The translations under genes and the position numbers were made by a program. Positions 9,314 through 19,405 of a DNA stretch of 29,890 nucleotides are shown here, in pieces. A model generated the notes under the pieces. The model was not told the origin of the DNA, did no database searches, and saw only the letters and a list, made by a program, of their open reading frames with translations. The stretch is from IMG/VR virus record IMGVR_UViG_2778261248_000002, one strand, 5' to 3'. This DNA comes from a virus. Taxonomy: Duplodnaviria; Heunggongvirae; Uroviricota; Caudoviricetes. How positions within the stretch are numbered: the stretch's first letter is position 1; every line of letters begins with the position of its first letter.

Positions 9314-10214
9314 CCGAGCCTCCGGTCACGACGCTGTATTCGGTGCAGAAAGACGCCTGCGTACTGTTGAGCACAATGTCAGCCAGAGGTGCAGTCAGTT
9401 CGACACGCTGCACGCCTTCCACATGCAAAGCGGCATAAATGGCAGACAGACGGATGTCGCGCCCAAGCCGGTGCTGTGCCGTGATGTACGCTTCCAGTTT
9501 TTTCACGGCAGCAGCGCGGATGGGTTCGCTTTCGGGACCTGGGTAAAGGTAAAGCGTGGCGTTTATCTGATATTCAACAATGGCGGCAGACTGCACGGTC
9601 ACGCGGTCGGCCACCGGCCTGACGTCCTCGCCATTAAGGGCGTTACGCACCACGGTCAGCAGGTCTTCGGATGCGACGCCGTTATTTTCACGTGACAGCA
9701 CGGAGATAGTGACGCAGGCCGGAGACGGACTGGTGACAGAGATATCCGCGACACGCCCGTCGGCACTGCGACCATGATACTGATAGGCTCCCACCGACCC
9801 GGCGACGCTTAAGCCCTCAAACGCCTGCTGAATACGCAGACGATAATCGGTGTCAGACTCCATCACTGCCGGTGTCGGCGGGATGGTCGAATCATCTGCC
9901 GGGGTGATAATCAGGCGCGTGGTGTTGTAATTGGCACCAATCACATCAAGGTCATTACCGGCGGCACAGGCCAGCATCACCGCCCGTGCGGCCTCATTCA
10001 CACGCTGACGCCAGATAAGCTCACGATAAGCGTTTTCCTCCAGCAGTTTGACGAGAGGCTCGGATTCCAGCGTCAGGGTACGGGCGACCGCCTCCTGCTG
10101 GTCTTCCGGGTAAAGGGAAATCAGTGTCGCCTTGCGTTCGGCAAGAATGGTTTCAAAGTTCAGCTCCTCAACCACATCCGGTGCGGGTAGCTGGTTCAGG
10201 TCGATAATCGGCAT
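9306..10214 (-). CDS. J: baseplate protein J (gp6-like wedge)
   Basis: 302 aa ORF between W and I; size matches P2 gpJ as recalled. Confidence 0.85.
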   Translation of the reverse strand: MPIIDLNQLPAPDVVEELNFETILAERKATLISLYPEDQQEAVARTLTLESEPLVKLLEENAYRELIWRQRVNEAARAVMLACAAGNDLDVIGANYNTTRLIITPADDSTIPPTPAVMESDTDYRLRIQQAFEGLSVAGSVGAYQYHGRSADGRVADISVTSPSPACVTISVLSRENNGVASEDLLTVVRNALNGEDVRPVADRVTVQSAAIVEYQINATLYLYPGPESEPIRAAAVKKLEAYITAQHRLGRDIRLSAIYAALHVEGVQRVELTAPLADIVLNSTQASFCTEYSVVTGGSDE

Positions 10215-10218
10215 GGTT

Positions 10219-10566
10219 TCAACTCACAGGGATGGTTAACGAAAGTGGCTGGCCGGTGTCGTTGTGCTGACCGGTTAACGTGACCGTCATTCGCCCGTCA
10301 AAACTGCGCGCCGTGGTGACGGATGACAGGGTGACGCGGGGTTCCCATTTCAGTACCGCCATGTAACAGGCGACCTTAATCTGCAACTCAAGCGCCGGAG
10401 TCTGCGGCTGGTCAATCATTGATGCCAGCAACGAGCCGTAATCACGACGCATCACCCGTGAGCCGACCGGTGTACGCAGGATATCGCCGATACTCTGGCT
10501 GATATGCTCAAGGTCAGTGACAGTCAGGCCATTACTGCGATTCATTCCGAGATAACGCGCTGTCAT
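10219..10566 (-). CDS. W: baseplate protein W (gp25-like)
   Basis: 115 aa ORF; 4-nt overlap with V; size and position match P2 gpW. Confidence 0.85.
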   Translation of the reverse strand: MTARYLGMNRSNGLTVTDLEHISQSIGDILRTPVGSRVMRRDYGSLLASMIDQPQTPALELQIKVACYMAVLKWEPRVTLSSVTTARSFDGRMTVTLTGQHNDTGQPLSLTIPVS

Positions 10567-11198
10567 AAAGGACTCCCGGTTGTGCCGCCGCTGTCGCCGG
10601 GGTGTTTGTGGGTATGCAGTACCTTACCGTTTGATGAGAGTTCACCGCCGGTGTGTTCAATGTTGCCGCGCATCGTCCCGCCCTTCTGCACTTCCAGCGT
10701 GCCGGTAGTCAGTTTGTTAGTGCAGACCACTTCCGGTGTGTCCAGGGTGACACGGGTTGACGCTTTCACCGTGACCACCGGTACCGTGGCAGTAACAGAA
10801 TCAGAAGCCGTCACGCTGGCCGTTTTAATTCCGCTTACCGTGAGTGCACTGGTTTCGGGTTCATACTCAATCACTGCCCCGTCAGGGAAACGGATATGCA
10901 GGGCATCCGCCGACGCAGACGGCGCGCGGTTATCGCCGGAATAAATCCCCGGCAGAACGAACGCCGTGTCGAGTTCACCGCCCACGGCCAGAATCAGCAC
11001 CTGTTCCCCCACGGAAGGTGCCCACCATGTGCGCGAACGTCCGGCGCGATGGGTCAGCCACTGAAGCCAGTCGGTGCACATGCCGCCGGTCTGCACACGG
11101 CAGCGACCGGCGTTAAGGTCGGTTTCGACGATAATGCCGGTGCGGATCATGTTGCGCAGTGCGCGCGCGAGTTCCTGAATATTTGCGAGTGTGTTCAT
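10563..11198 (-). CDS. V: baseplate spike/assembly protein V
   Basis: 211 aa. First gene of the V-W-J-I-H-G operon, after a 66-bp intergenic gap from S. Confidence 0.85.
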   Translation of the reverse strand: MNTLANIQELARALRNMIRTGIIVETDLNAGRCRVQTGGMCTDWLQWLTHRAGRSRTWWAPSVGEQVLILAVGGELDTAFVLPGIYSGDNRAPSASADALHIRFPDGAVIEYEPETSALTVSGIKTASVTASDSVTATVPVVTVKASTRVTLDTPEVVCTNKLTTGTLEVQKGGTMRGNIEHTGGELSSNGKVLHTHKHPGDSGGTTGSPL

Positions 11199-11264
11199 AA
11201 CGGGAAGGATGCCGCCGGGTCATACCGGCGGCAATGTGACGATGAGGTGTCGGGAATGGCACAA

Positions 11265-11717
11265 CTAACGGTCGAGGTGAGCCAGGATAATCTCTTCAAT
11301 CATCTGCACATCCTCACCGGTAAAGCCGAGCAGAGGACGCGCCGGATAATCAATTTTCTTACCGTCTTTCCGGTTTTCTTCCGACAGACCGAACTGATGC
11401 ACGCTGGCGATTTTCGGTGACTTTCCGCCGTAAAACTCCATTGATGCCTGTTCAGGGCTGGCGCGGATATGCAAAAAACGACTGGTGATAAGTTTCGCAA
11501 ACATTTTTCGCTTAACACGACCGGTCTTTTTTCTGGCGCTCTGCTGCTGGCGTGGCGCATAGGGTGTGCCGTCCGGGGCTTTCTGTGCCATCACCCGACG
11601 CTGCTGACTCTGCCGCAGACGTTTCGCCAGTTCGGCACTCAGTCGCCGACGCCCTGACGGTGACAGCGATTCAATCAGTCCGGCCAGCCGGTCTTCAAAA
11701 CGCTTAAACTCATTCAT
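11265..11717 (-). CDS. S: tail completion protein S
   Basis: 150 aa; overlaps the R 3' end by 8 nt; size and position match P2 gpS. Confidence 0.8.
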   Translation of the reverse strand: MNEFKRFEDRLAGLIESLSPSGRRRLSAELAKRLRQSQQRRVMAQKAPDGTPYAPRQQQSARKKTGRVKRKMFAKLITSRFLHIRASPEQASMEFYGGKSPKIASVHQFGLSEENRKDGKKIDYPARPLLGFTGEDVQMIEEIILAHLDR

Positions 11718-12177
11718 CCCACTTGCTCACCAGTTCGCCATTGATATAAAGCTCCATCGGGCGGGTGACCGGCTCCGGCGGCGGGGGTTCCGGGATATTC
11801 TTCACATGCAGTGCGCCGTCCACCTCACTGACCAGCGTGCGCTCGGTCAGCATCAGGCTGATGCTGATATCAAAGCTGCTGTCATTGTTGATGTCTGCAT
11901 AAAACGTGAAGCCCTTTTTCTGGCCTTCGTCGGTGGTCATGATGTCGGGCTGATTTTCCCGCAGCCACGCCAGCACCGGCACGATGAGCAGGTCAAAATC
12001 ACCGGTAAAGTCGGTCACAATGACATTGAGCGTGTAACGCTTTTCGAATGACAACGACGTCGCCAGTGTGGAGGCAATACTCCCGTTATCCACGAATATC
12101 CGCAGCATCTCGGGACTGGTTTTCAGCACCGTGACGGCATCAGTCAGCGCCCTGCGCAGGCTGTCGGGTTTGAGCAT
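11710..12177 (-). CDS. R: tail completion protein R
   Basis: 155 aa; ATG at 12177-12175; follows the lysis cassette as in P2. Confidence 0.8.
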   Translation of the reverse strand: MLKPDSLRRALTDAVTVLKTSPEMLRIFVDNGSIASTLATSLSFEKRYTLNVIVTDFTGDFDLLIVPVLAWLRENQPDIMTTDEGQKKGFTFYADINNDSSFDISISLMLTERTLVSEVDGALHVKNIPEPPPPEPVTRPMELYINGELVSKWDE

Positions 12178-12430
12178 CGTTTTCGTCCTGACAGTGTTTA
12201 ATCATTTTTACCTGGCTGGCACAGCGTGCCAGCGCGTTCTCAAGCTGCCGGATATCGGCACTTAAATCGCCGTTCGTCTCCGGGTCACTGCCCGGCATCG
12301 GGCAAAGACTCACTTTCGGGCAGGCGTTGGCGACAATCACTGGCGTCGGTGCAGGCCGGGCGCTGGTGCAACCGGCGCACAGCATCAGGCAGGCCAGCGC
12401 CGTACCAGCGGCGAAAATCTTCGTTTTCAT
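12140..12430 (-). CDS. lysC: LysC, Rz1-like outer-membrane spanin lipoprotein, embedded in/overlapping lysB in another frame
   Basis: 96 aa; ATG at 12430-12428. Signal peptide with lipobox-like LMLCAGC, then a Pro-rich segment. Starts inside the lysB reading frame and runs past its end. Confidence 0.75.
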   Translation of the reverse strand: MKTKIFAAGTALACLMLCAGCTSARPAPTPVIVANACPKVSLCPMPGSDPETNGDLSADIRQLENALARCASQVKMIKHCQDENDAQTRQPAQGAD

Positions 12431-12710
12431 TCAGTAACCTCGTGATGGTTTTCTCGCGCTGTGCTTCACGCTTCGCCGCGTTCTCCAGTTCCTGACGCAG
12501 TGCCACCTGCGCCAGCTCGTTTTTGTCTGCTCTGGTGAGGGCAACATGAAGCTGATTTTTCAGCATGGTGATGGTCGTCTGCTGCCCGTTGGCGACGTTG
12601 TTCGCCCTGTCCAGCGAGGTGCGCAGGCTGGCGTTTTCATGCTTCGCCAGAAACAGACCGGCCACCGCCAGTGATAACAACACAACCAGCACAATCATCA
12701 GCTTTGACAT
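12285..12710 (-). CDS. lysB: LysB, Rz-like inner-membrane spanin
   Basis: 141 aa. N-terminal TM segment (LMIVLVVLLSLAVAGLFLA), then a charged coiled-coil-like region. 13-nt overlap with lysA. Confidence 0.8.
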   Translation of the reverse strand: MSKLMIVLVVLLSLAVAGLFLAKHENASLRTSLDRANNVANGQQTTITMLKNQLHVALTRADKNELAQVALRQELENAAKREAQREKTITRLLNENEDFRRWYGAGLPDAVRRLHQRPACTDASDCRQRLPESESLPDAGQ

Positions 12711-13123
12711 GGTTCCCGCCCCTCAAAACGCTGACGACAGGCCGTGCGTATCAACCGGAAGAACACCGACGCCACGAGGTAAATCAGCGCGGTAAAAATC
12801 CACCCGGCAGCGACCAGCGAGATAAACGTCGCCACCATCACCACCAGAGCCGCCGCCCGTCTGCGCCACGGCACCGGCTGCAAAAACAGCGACGCGACAA
12901 TCTTCACGGCCAGCGATTCCGGCGGCAGCTCCCGCCCGTAGCGTTCCAGCACATACTCAGTGGCATACACGCCGATACCACCGGCAACCACACAAATAAC
13001 CGTCGCCAGAATCGCCCAGGCAGCGACAAAATTGACGGCCACGCTCTGCGGGTAAATCAGGGACAGTGCCAGCATCAGCGCCAGCGACACATTCAGCATC
13101 AGTGAAAGGGATAATTTCTTCAT
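12698..13123 (-). CDS. lysA: LysA, membrane lysis-timing protein
   Basis: 141 aa, multiple predicted TM helices; position between endolysin K and lysB as in P2. Confidence 0.7.
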   Translation of the reverse strand: MKKLSLSLMLNVSLALMLALSLIYPQSVAVNFVAAWAILATVICVVAGGIGVYATEYVLERYGRELPPESLAVKIVASLFLQPVPWRRRAAALVVMVATFISLVAAGWIFTALIYLVASVFFRLIRTACRQRFEGREPCQS

Positions 13124-13137
13124 GGTGTTTACTCCGT

Positions 13138-13635
13138 TTAAGCCGGTACACCGCCAGCGGTACGCCAGACGGTGACCAGTTTTTCCAGTGAATGCTCACG
13201 CTGACCGTAACCGGCACCCGGCAGGGACGCCCAGATATTGCGACAGCGTGAAATGGCGCGCTCAATGCGCCCCGCCCGGATGTCATCCAGTGCACCGCGT
13301 TCACGGATCAACTGAATGGCAAGTCTGTCCTGTGACAGCGGACTGAAATCCGGCAGGGCAAGCTGTTTGCGGTAATGCGGCCAGAACAGGTAAAGCTGCT
13401 GATAGCGACCGGAGGCCGTGGATTTTTCACCGCGACGGTTAAACACCTTCGCCGGTCGGCCATGCGCGAACGGGTGGTCACTGTAGTCGGTGAAGATTTC
13501 CGGCTTCCCGTCCAGTCCGGTGACTATCACGTCATAGCCCCGGTTTTTCGTCAGCGGATGATTCGCCGTCCCTTCGGACACGGCCAGCATGTCGAGAAAG
13601 GCGGCGATATTCTGATGCGTGTTAATTACCGGCAT
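13138..13635 (-). CDS. K: endolysin (gpK-like lysozyme/transglycosylase)
   Basis: 165 aa soluble protein immediately after holin Y (start overlaps the Y stop); size and position match P2 K. Confidence 0.9.
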   Translation of the reverse strand: MPVINTHQNIAAFLDMLAVSEGTANHPLTKNRGYDVIVTGLDGKPEIFTDYSDHPFAHGRPAKVFNRRGEKSTASGRYQQLYLFWPHYRKQLALPDFSPLSQDRLAIQLIRERGALDDIRAGRIERAISRCRNIWASLPGAGYGQREHSLEKLVTVWRTAGGVPA

Positions 13636-13916
13636 TACTGTTTCCCCCTGCCCTTAAAGCGGCGCTGAATGGCAATCTCAATCACCTGATAACCGGCGAT
13701 ACCCAGCATGGAGCCGATGCCGCACACCGCAGGCAGTGACAGGTCAGGAAACTGCACCAGAACAACACCGGCAACCATCGAGACAAAACCACCGAGCAAC
13801 ATGCGCCCGATAAACAGACGCGGGGTGATGGGTTCACCACCGGCAAGCACCTTGCCGACAACAATCAGCACCCCAATCATGAAAAGCGACAGGACGCTTT
13901 TTTCTTCTGCTGTCAT
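13635..13916 (-). CDS. Y: holin (gpY-like)
   Basis: 93 aa with TM segments (LFMIGVLIVVGKVLAGG...) and a charged C-terminus (RRFKGRGKQ). Confidence 0.85.
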   Translation of the reverse strand: MTAEEKSVLSLFMIGVLIVVGKVLAGGEPITPRLFIGRMLLGGFVSMVAGVVLVQFPDLSLPAVCGIGSMLGIAGYQVIEIAIQRRFKGRGKQ

Positions 13917-13919
13917 GCG

Positions 13920-14123
13920 TTACTCCCACAGATTGACAGTTTCAGCCACGGGCGCGGTCTGAACGTCGGGCAGTTCGACGGCGGTGCCATGTGGCAGCAC
14001 CGCACCCAGTTCAGCCAGTCCCGGATTTGCGGCGAGCACGGCCTCGACCACGCCCTCAGTGCGCCCGTAATACCGGACACAAATGGCGTCGAGCGTGTCG
14101 CCCTGTAGCGCAAAGGTCTTCAT
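13920..14123 (-). CDS. X: tail protein X (LysM-like)
   Basis: 67 aa from ATG 14123-14121 (MKTFALQGDTLDAICVRYYG...), overlapping the L stop by 1 nt. The longer 90-aa track ORF has no better start. Confidence 0.75.
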   Translation of the reverse strand: MKTFALQGDTLDAICVRYYGRTEGVVEAVLAANPGLAELGAVLPHGTAVELPDVQTAPVAETVNLWE

Positions 14124-14632
14124 CAGATTTGACTCACGATGCAGCGCGGCTTGTCCTGGATGCGCGCCACTGCCCAGCGCATATCCCGCCACAGCTCATC
14201 AATGGTGCTGTCTATGCTGTCGGCCTTTTTGTCGCCTTTCGCACTGGCATCCACGCCGCGATAACGCTCATAAAGCGACGCGGTCGCCATCGAACACACG
14301 GCGCGCTCGTAGTAAAAAACTTTGATGCTTTCACCGTCGATGTCGTCCGCCGGGACGTCCGCCAGACGCGTAAAACCGGCGGCAATTTTCTGTTCGCGGT
14401 ACTCGTACAGCTCCGCATTCGTCTCCGCCATGCCTGACTTGATGGCCTCACGCAGACGGGCGGGGGCGACGGTCTGCTCAAGGCGCATACGTTCCCGGAC
14501 GCGCTTCGGGTCGATATCGGGAAAAAAGAACGTGTTTTTAATCACCGGCTCGTCGCCTGCCGGTTGCGGGATGACCACCGTACCCTCACCGGACACGGGA
14601 GCCTCCTTTCGCGGAATAATCAGCGTCATCAT
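14123..14632 (-). CDS. L: head completion/stabilisation protein L
   Basis: 169 aa from the tandem ATG ATG at 14632-14627 (MMTLIIPRKE...), preceded by GAGG. Upstream part of the track ORF rejected. Confidence 0.85.
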   Translation of the reverse strand: MMTLIIPRKEAPVSGEGTVVIPQPAGDEPVIKNTFFFPDIDPKRVRERMRLEQTVAPARLREAIKSGMAETNAELYEYREQKIAAGFTRLADVPADDIDGESIKVFYYERAVCSMATASLYERYRGVDASAKGDKKADSIDSTIDELWRDMRWAVARIQDKPRCIVSQI

Positions 14633-14731
14633 GACTACCTCTGAAAAGTCGGGCGGTGGACGCCGGTGCAGTGTCAGGTGACTCACCCTCACTGACCGGC
14701 GTGCCGCCCTGGCGCGGGGCGCATTCGGTTG

Positions 14732-15469
14732 TTAACTGGCTTTCTTTTTCGGGCGTCCACGTTTTGCCGGTGTCGCGCTCCGGGTCTTACGCGGGGCGCG
14801 GGTGGCCGCTTTTGGCTGCGGCTTCGGTTTCAGTTCCCGCTCCAGTCGTTCAATCTCTTTTTTGACGCCTGCCTGACAGTCTAGCTGTGTCGCACGTTGC
14901 AGGTGCGCCAGCGCACCGGCGGCATCACCAGCGTCACGCAGAAACAGACCGGTGATTTTGTGCAGCTTTGCGCGCACTTCATCAGGCATGTCAGCAGCGG
15001 CGGTCAGTTCAAGGGTGTCCGTCAGCAGGCGGGTATCCACAGACTCACCGGCAGCGTGGGCGCGCATGGCCGCGAGCGCCACCTCCTCGGTGAACATGTA
15101 CGGCGGGGTGCGGCGGTGTTTACCCGGCATGGTCAGACCGTACTTCAGGGCATAACGGGCAATCTCCAGCGCACCGGCAATATCGCCGGTATCCAGACGC
15201 CACAGCATGACCGTCATCAGAATGTCATCCTGTGCACCTTTGCCCTGCTCCAGCACACCGTTCACCCACGGCAACCAGAACGGCAGCAGTTCGCGCTTTT
15301 TCGCGGCCTTAAGCTCTTTTGAATAAATCGCTTTCAGTGTGCGCTGGTCTGCGGCGAGCTTAACCAGCATCTGCTCATAGACAGTTGCATGTCGCAGCGG
15401 GGCGGCTTCCCGCTGCGCGGTCATCGCTGCCGAGACCCGCATCATGTGGCGCTGTGCGGGACTCGTCAT
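14732..15469 (-). CDS. M: terminase small (endonuclease) subunit M
   Basis: 245 aa with a basic Lys/Arg-rich C-terminal tail; directly downstream of capsid gene N. Confidence 0.85.
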   Translation of the reverse strand: MTSPAQRHMMRVSAAMTAQREAAPLRHATVYEQMLVKLAADQRTLKAIYSKELKAAKKRELLPFWLPWVNGVLEQGKGAQDDILMTVMLWRLDTGDIAGALEIARYALKYGLTMPGKHRRTPPYMFTEEVALAAMRAHAAGESVDTRLLTDTLELTAAADMPDEVRAKLHKITGLFLRDAGDAAGALAHLQRATQLDCQAGVKKEIERLERELKPKPQPKAATRAPRKTRSATPAKRGRPKKKAS

Positions 15470-15472
15470 CGG

Positions 15473-16546
15473 TTACGCTCCCGGCTCTGCGGTCGCCCTG
15501 GCCGGTGTGGAGAAATCACCGACCTTAATTTTTTCCACCAGACAACCGGCGGCGTAGTCTTCCACCACGTAATCAATGTTCATTGACTCGTAGTTCTCCA
15601 CGCGGTCGAGTTTCGGGTTTTCCTCAATCACGCGGCGATGGCTGTCATCCATGTAGTAGATGGACAGGTTTTCCAGCTTCGTGATGAGCATCGCATCCGC
15701 CGGGAAGTACGGGACGCGTACCGCTGGCAGGTTACCGATGCGTTTCTGGCTGATGATGACGTCAGCGGCCAGCATTTCGCTGTTGTCCTGCTCCTTGTTA
15801 ACGATGGGGAAATACTTGTCCGCCAGTAGCTGACGTCCCACAATCACCACAAGGTCAGGGTCTTCCTGATACCACGGCTCAATCAGGTTGTTGGTCGCAT
15901 CCATCACCAGTGCGTCAAGGCTGGCATAATCACCGCCCTTACCCACGCGGATGACCTCAGAGGTGGTGTGCCCTTCCTCGTCAGTGACCTTGCTCATCAC
16001 GCGCGCCGGGGCTTCATTGCGGTATTTCTGCAGCCAGCCGACCGCCACATCCTGCAGCATCGGATTGCTGCTGCGGTCAGAGGTTTCTGCACGCTTCACG
16101 CCGTTAAAACCGGCCATGATGAAATCAAGGGACTGGCGTTTGATAATGGCGTTACGGATACGGAGCTGGAAATCCTGATAACGCGCCCACAGGTCAAGCG
16201 TTTTGTAGCGGATATAAAAATCGAAGTTAATCTGGTCGCATTCGTACTTGTTTGACGCCAGCTTCGAGAAGTCCTTCGGCTGACGCTCGGTTCCACCGGC
16301 GGTGTCGCTGGTGCTGGCGATGGAGCCGGTGACACCAATACCAATTTTTTCCCCTTTCATTTCGCTGACCGGCACAATGTTGATGCGGGTCAGAAAGTCA
16401 GAGGACTCCTGCATGGTGTTCATCAGGGTCTGGGTGACCGACGGTTCAACGGTGAATTTTTTCGACACATCACCGGCGTCGATGCCGTTCAGTTCGGCAA
16501 CACGGGACAGGTAGGCATTAAATTTAAAGCGGGTTTCCTGGCGCAT
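15473..16546 (-). CDS. N: major capsid protein N
   Basis: 357 aa; ATG at 16546-16544; between scaffold O and M; size matches P2 gpN. Confidence 0.9.
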   Translation of the reverse strand: MRQETRFKFNAYLSRVAELNGIDAGDVSKKFTVEPSVTQTLMNTMQESSDFLTRINIVPVSEMKGEKIGIGVTGSIASTSDTAGGTERQPKDFSKLASNKYECDQINFDFYIRYKTLDLWARYQDFQLRIRNAIIKRQSLDFIMAGFNGVKRAETSDRSSNPMLQDVAVGWLQKYRNEAPARVMSKVTDEEGHTTSEVIRVGKGGDYASLDALVMDATNNLIEPWYQEDPDLVVIVGRQLLADKYFPIVNKEQDNSEMLAADVIISQKRIGNLPAVRVPYFPADAMLITKLENLSIYYMDDSHRRVIEENPKLDRVENYESMNIDYVVEDYAAGCLVEKIKVGDFSTPARATAEPGA

Positions 16547-16604
16547 AGTTTTTCCTGAAATTAAGGGTTAATCGTGAAGGTTTTCCCGGACTGACTGACA
16601 CCGG

Positions 16605-17459
16605 TCAGCAGTTCGTCATCAGGGCGTCACCGCCACCGCCGGTGGCTTTACTGCGGCGCTGCTGGGTCAGACTTTCGGTGTGGTCGAGACTGTTTTTCAG
16701 GCGGGTGAATGCCTGGCTGGTTTCATCCGCCCTGTCAGTCACCTCCTGCTTAAGTGCGGAAAAGGCGTTTTCCATCTCAGCGAGGCGCTGCTCAGTGGCG
16801 CTCAGTTTTTCCTGCACATGTTCAGCAACAGCGGTCACCGCTTCATGCACGTCATTCAGACGGGCGTCATCGCTGGCCTGTTTGCGGCCAAAAATGGATT
16901 TCACCTTTTCGGTCAGGGCGGTGAACACGGTTTCAGGCAGGTCTTCAAATTCCAGCTCAACAGGCGTTGCCACTGAAATCAGGTTTTCAGGGCTTAATTT
17001 GAAGCGGTTCAGGGGGTTGTGTTTTGCCGTGCGGCAGAATTCCAGGTATTCCGTGCCGAGGCTTGCCGGGTCATCGGTGACGGCCAGCCCCACCAGATAA
17101 CATTTGCCGGTGTTGGCAAAGTTCGGCTGAATTTCCATTGAGGTGTAGACCTTCTGCGCGGCCTTGTTCATCGCGATAAGGTCATCGGTCGGGGTGATTT
17201 TCGCAAACAGCGCCCATTTGCCTTTCAGCGCCGAATCATCGTCAATCTTTTCGGCCTTCAGTTCGGCCACATCGCCATAACGCTTAAAAATACCGTCAGG
17301 CAGGATGCCGCGCAGATGTTCCAGGTTAATGCGGCAACCATAGACTCGCGGGTCAAAGGTTTCGGCCATTTCCTGAATATCCTGCGCACTGATGACACGC
17401 CCGTCACAGGTGTCACCCTCAACGCCGATACGAAAGAATTTTGAGACTTTTTTTGCCAT
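16605..17459 (-). CDS. O: capsid scaffolding protein O
   Basis: 284 aa from ATG 17459-17457 (MAKKVSKFFRIGVEG...). Acidic, coiled-coil C-terminal half. Divergent from P. Confidence 0.85.
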   Translation of the reverse strand: MAKKVSKFFRIGVEGDTCDGRVISAQDIQEMAETFDPRVYGCRINLEHLRGILPDGIFKRYGDVAELKAEKIDDDSALKGKWALFAKITPTDDLIAMNKAAQKVYTSMEIQPNFANTGKCYLVGLAVTDDPASLGTEYLEFCRTAKHNPLNRFKLSPENLISVATPVELEFEDLPETVFTALTEKVKSIFGRKQASDDARLNDVHEAVTAVAEHVQEKLSATEQRLAEMENAFSALKQEVTDRADETSQAFTRLKNSLDHTESLTQQRRSKATGGGGDALMTNC

Positions 17460-17632
17460 TGTCAGGAGTCCTGAATAGTGATTAGAGGAGTCACATGTCG
17501 GCACCAGTTTCCCGACGATGCGCATCCTCCGCCATCAGTCCCGGATGGCTTATCACTGACACAACAGCACCTTAGCGAATCGCGGGGCGCGACTCAGTAG
17601 CCTTGCCGTGTATTCATCACGGCGAGGTATTC

Positions 17633-19405
17633 ATGACCATCACCACAGACACCACTCTTTTACACGACCCGCGTCGTCAGGCGGCGCTGCTGTACTGGCA
17701 GGGGTTTTCCGTGCCGCAGATTGCCGCCATGTTGCAGATGAAACGCCCGACGGTGCAGAGCTGGAAACAGCGCGACGGCTGGGACAGCGTTGCCCCCATC
17801 AGCCGTGTCGAAATGAGTCTGGAAGCGCGACTGACCCAGCTCATCATCAAACCGCAGAAAACCGGCGGTGACTTCAAGGAAATTGACCTGCTGGGACGCC
17901 AGATTGAACGACTGGCACGGGTAAATCGTTACAGCCAGACCGGCAACGAGGCAGACCTTAATCCGAACGTCGCTAACCGCAACAAAGGCGGGCGGCGCAA
18001 ACCGAAAAAGAATTTTTTCAGTGACGAGGCCATCGAAAAGCTGGAGCAGATTTTCTTTGAGCAGTCTTTCGACTATCAGTTGCACTGGTATCGCGCCGGG
18101 CTTGAGCACCGCATCCGCGATATCCTGAAATCCCGTCAGATTGGCGCAACGTTTTATTTTTCCCGCGAGGCGCTGCTGCGCGCCCTGAAAACCGGTCATA
18201 ACCAGATTTTTCTGTCGGCCAGTAAAACGCAGGCGTATGTATTCCGTGAATACATCATCGCCTTTGCCCGTCTGGTTGACGTTGACCTGACCGGTGACCC
18301 GATTGTCCTGGGCAATAACGGCGCAAAACTGATTTTTCTCGGCACCAACTCCAACACCGCACAGAGTCATAACGGCGACCTGTACGTCGATGAGATTTTC
18401 TGGATCCCGAATTTTCAGGTACTGCGTAAGGTGGCATCAGGTATGGCCTCACAGAGTCACCTGCGCTCGACCTATTTCTCCACCCCGTCCACGCTGGCGC
18501 ACGACGCCTATCCGTTCTGGTCGGGTGAACTGTTCAACCGGGGACGCGCCAGCGCCGCCGAACGCGTGGAAATCGACGTCAGTCATAACGCCCTTTCCGG
18601 TGGTCTTCTCTGTGCGGACGGTCAGTGGCGGCAGATTGTCACCATTGAGGACGCCCTGAAAGGCGGCTGCACGCTGTTCGACATTGAGCAGCTCAAACGC
18701 GAAAACAGCGCCGACGATTTTAAAAACCTGTTCATGTGTGAATTTGTTGACGACAAGGCGTCGGTGTTCCCGTTCGAGGAGCTGCAACGCTGCATGGTCG
18801 ACACGCTGGAAGAATGGGAAGACTATGCGCCGTTTGCCGCCAATCCGTTCGGCTCCCGCCCGGTCTGGATTGGTTACGACCCGTCACACCGTGGCGACAG
18901 TGCCGGATGCGTGGTGCTGGCACCGCCGGTGGTGGCCGGTGGCAAATTCAGAATACTTGAGCGTCACCAGTGGAAAGGCATGGACTTTGCCACCCAGGCT
19001 GAATCCATCCGCAAACTCACCGAAAAATACAACGTCGAATACATCGGTATTGATGCCACCGGCCTCGGTGTCGGCGTGTTCCAGCTCGTGCGCTCGTTCT
19101 ATCCCGCCGCGCGCGACATCCGCTACACGCCGGAAATGAAAACCGCAATGGTGCTCAAGGCAAAAGACGTCATCCGCCGTGGCTGTCTGGAATACGACGT
19201 CAGCGCCACCGACATCACCAGCTCGTTTATGGCTATCCGCAAGACCATGACCAGCAGCGGACGCAGTGCCACCTATGAGGCCAGCCGCAGCGAGGAAGCC
19301 AGCCACGCCGACCTCGCCTGGGCGACCATGCACGCCCTGTTAAATGAGCCACTCACCGCCGGTATCAGCACCCCGCTGACATCCACCATTCTGGAGTTTT
19401 ACTGA
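17633..19405 (+). CDS. P: terminase large (ATPase) subunit P
   Basis: 590 aa from ATG 17633 (MTITTDTTLL...), preceded by GAGGT. Stop TGA overlaps the Q ATG (TGATG). Confidence 0.9.
   Translation: MTITTDTTLLHDPRRQAALLYWQGFSVPQIAAMLQMKRPTVQSWKQRDGWDSVAPISRVEMSLEARLTQLIIKPQKTGGDFKEIDLLGRQIERLARVNRYSQTGNEADLNPNVANRNKGGRRKPKKNFFSDEAIEKLEQIFFEQSFDYQLHWYRAGLEHRIRDILKSRQIGATFYFSREALLRALKTGHNQIFLSASKTQAYVFREYIIAFARLVDVDLTGDPIVLGNNGAKLIFLGTNSNTAQSHNGDLYVDEIFWIPNFQVLRKVASGMASQSHLRSTYFSTPSTLAHDAYPFWSGELFNRGRASAAERVEIDVSHNALSGGLLCADGQWRQIVTIEDALKGGCTLFDIEQLKRENSADDFKNLFMCEFVDDKASVFPFEELQRCMVDTLEEWEDYAPFAANPFGSRPVWIGYDPSHRGDSAGCVVLAPPVVAGGKFRILERHQWKGMDFATQAESIRKLTEKYNVEYIGIDATGLGVGVFQLVRSFYPAARDIRYTPEMKTAMVLKAKDVIRRGCLEYDVSATDITSSFMAIRKTMTSSGRSATYEASRSEEASHADLAWATMHALLNEPLTAGISTPLTSTILEFY

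Noticed and set aside
9084-9695. 203-aa plus-strand ORF overlapping baseplate genes I and J
   Set aside because: Antisense to two tightly coupled structural genes; no start signal; shadow frame.
11199-17632. Search for Ogr-type TGT-N12-ACA dyads upstream of the late operons (V, O/P, FI)
   Set aside because: By eye I found only imperfect matches (for example TGT-N10-ACA near 11240 on the minus strand); without a scoring matrix these cannot be separated from chance, so no late promoters were annotated.
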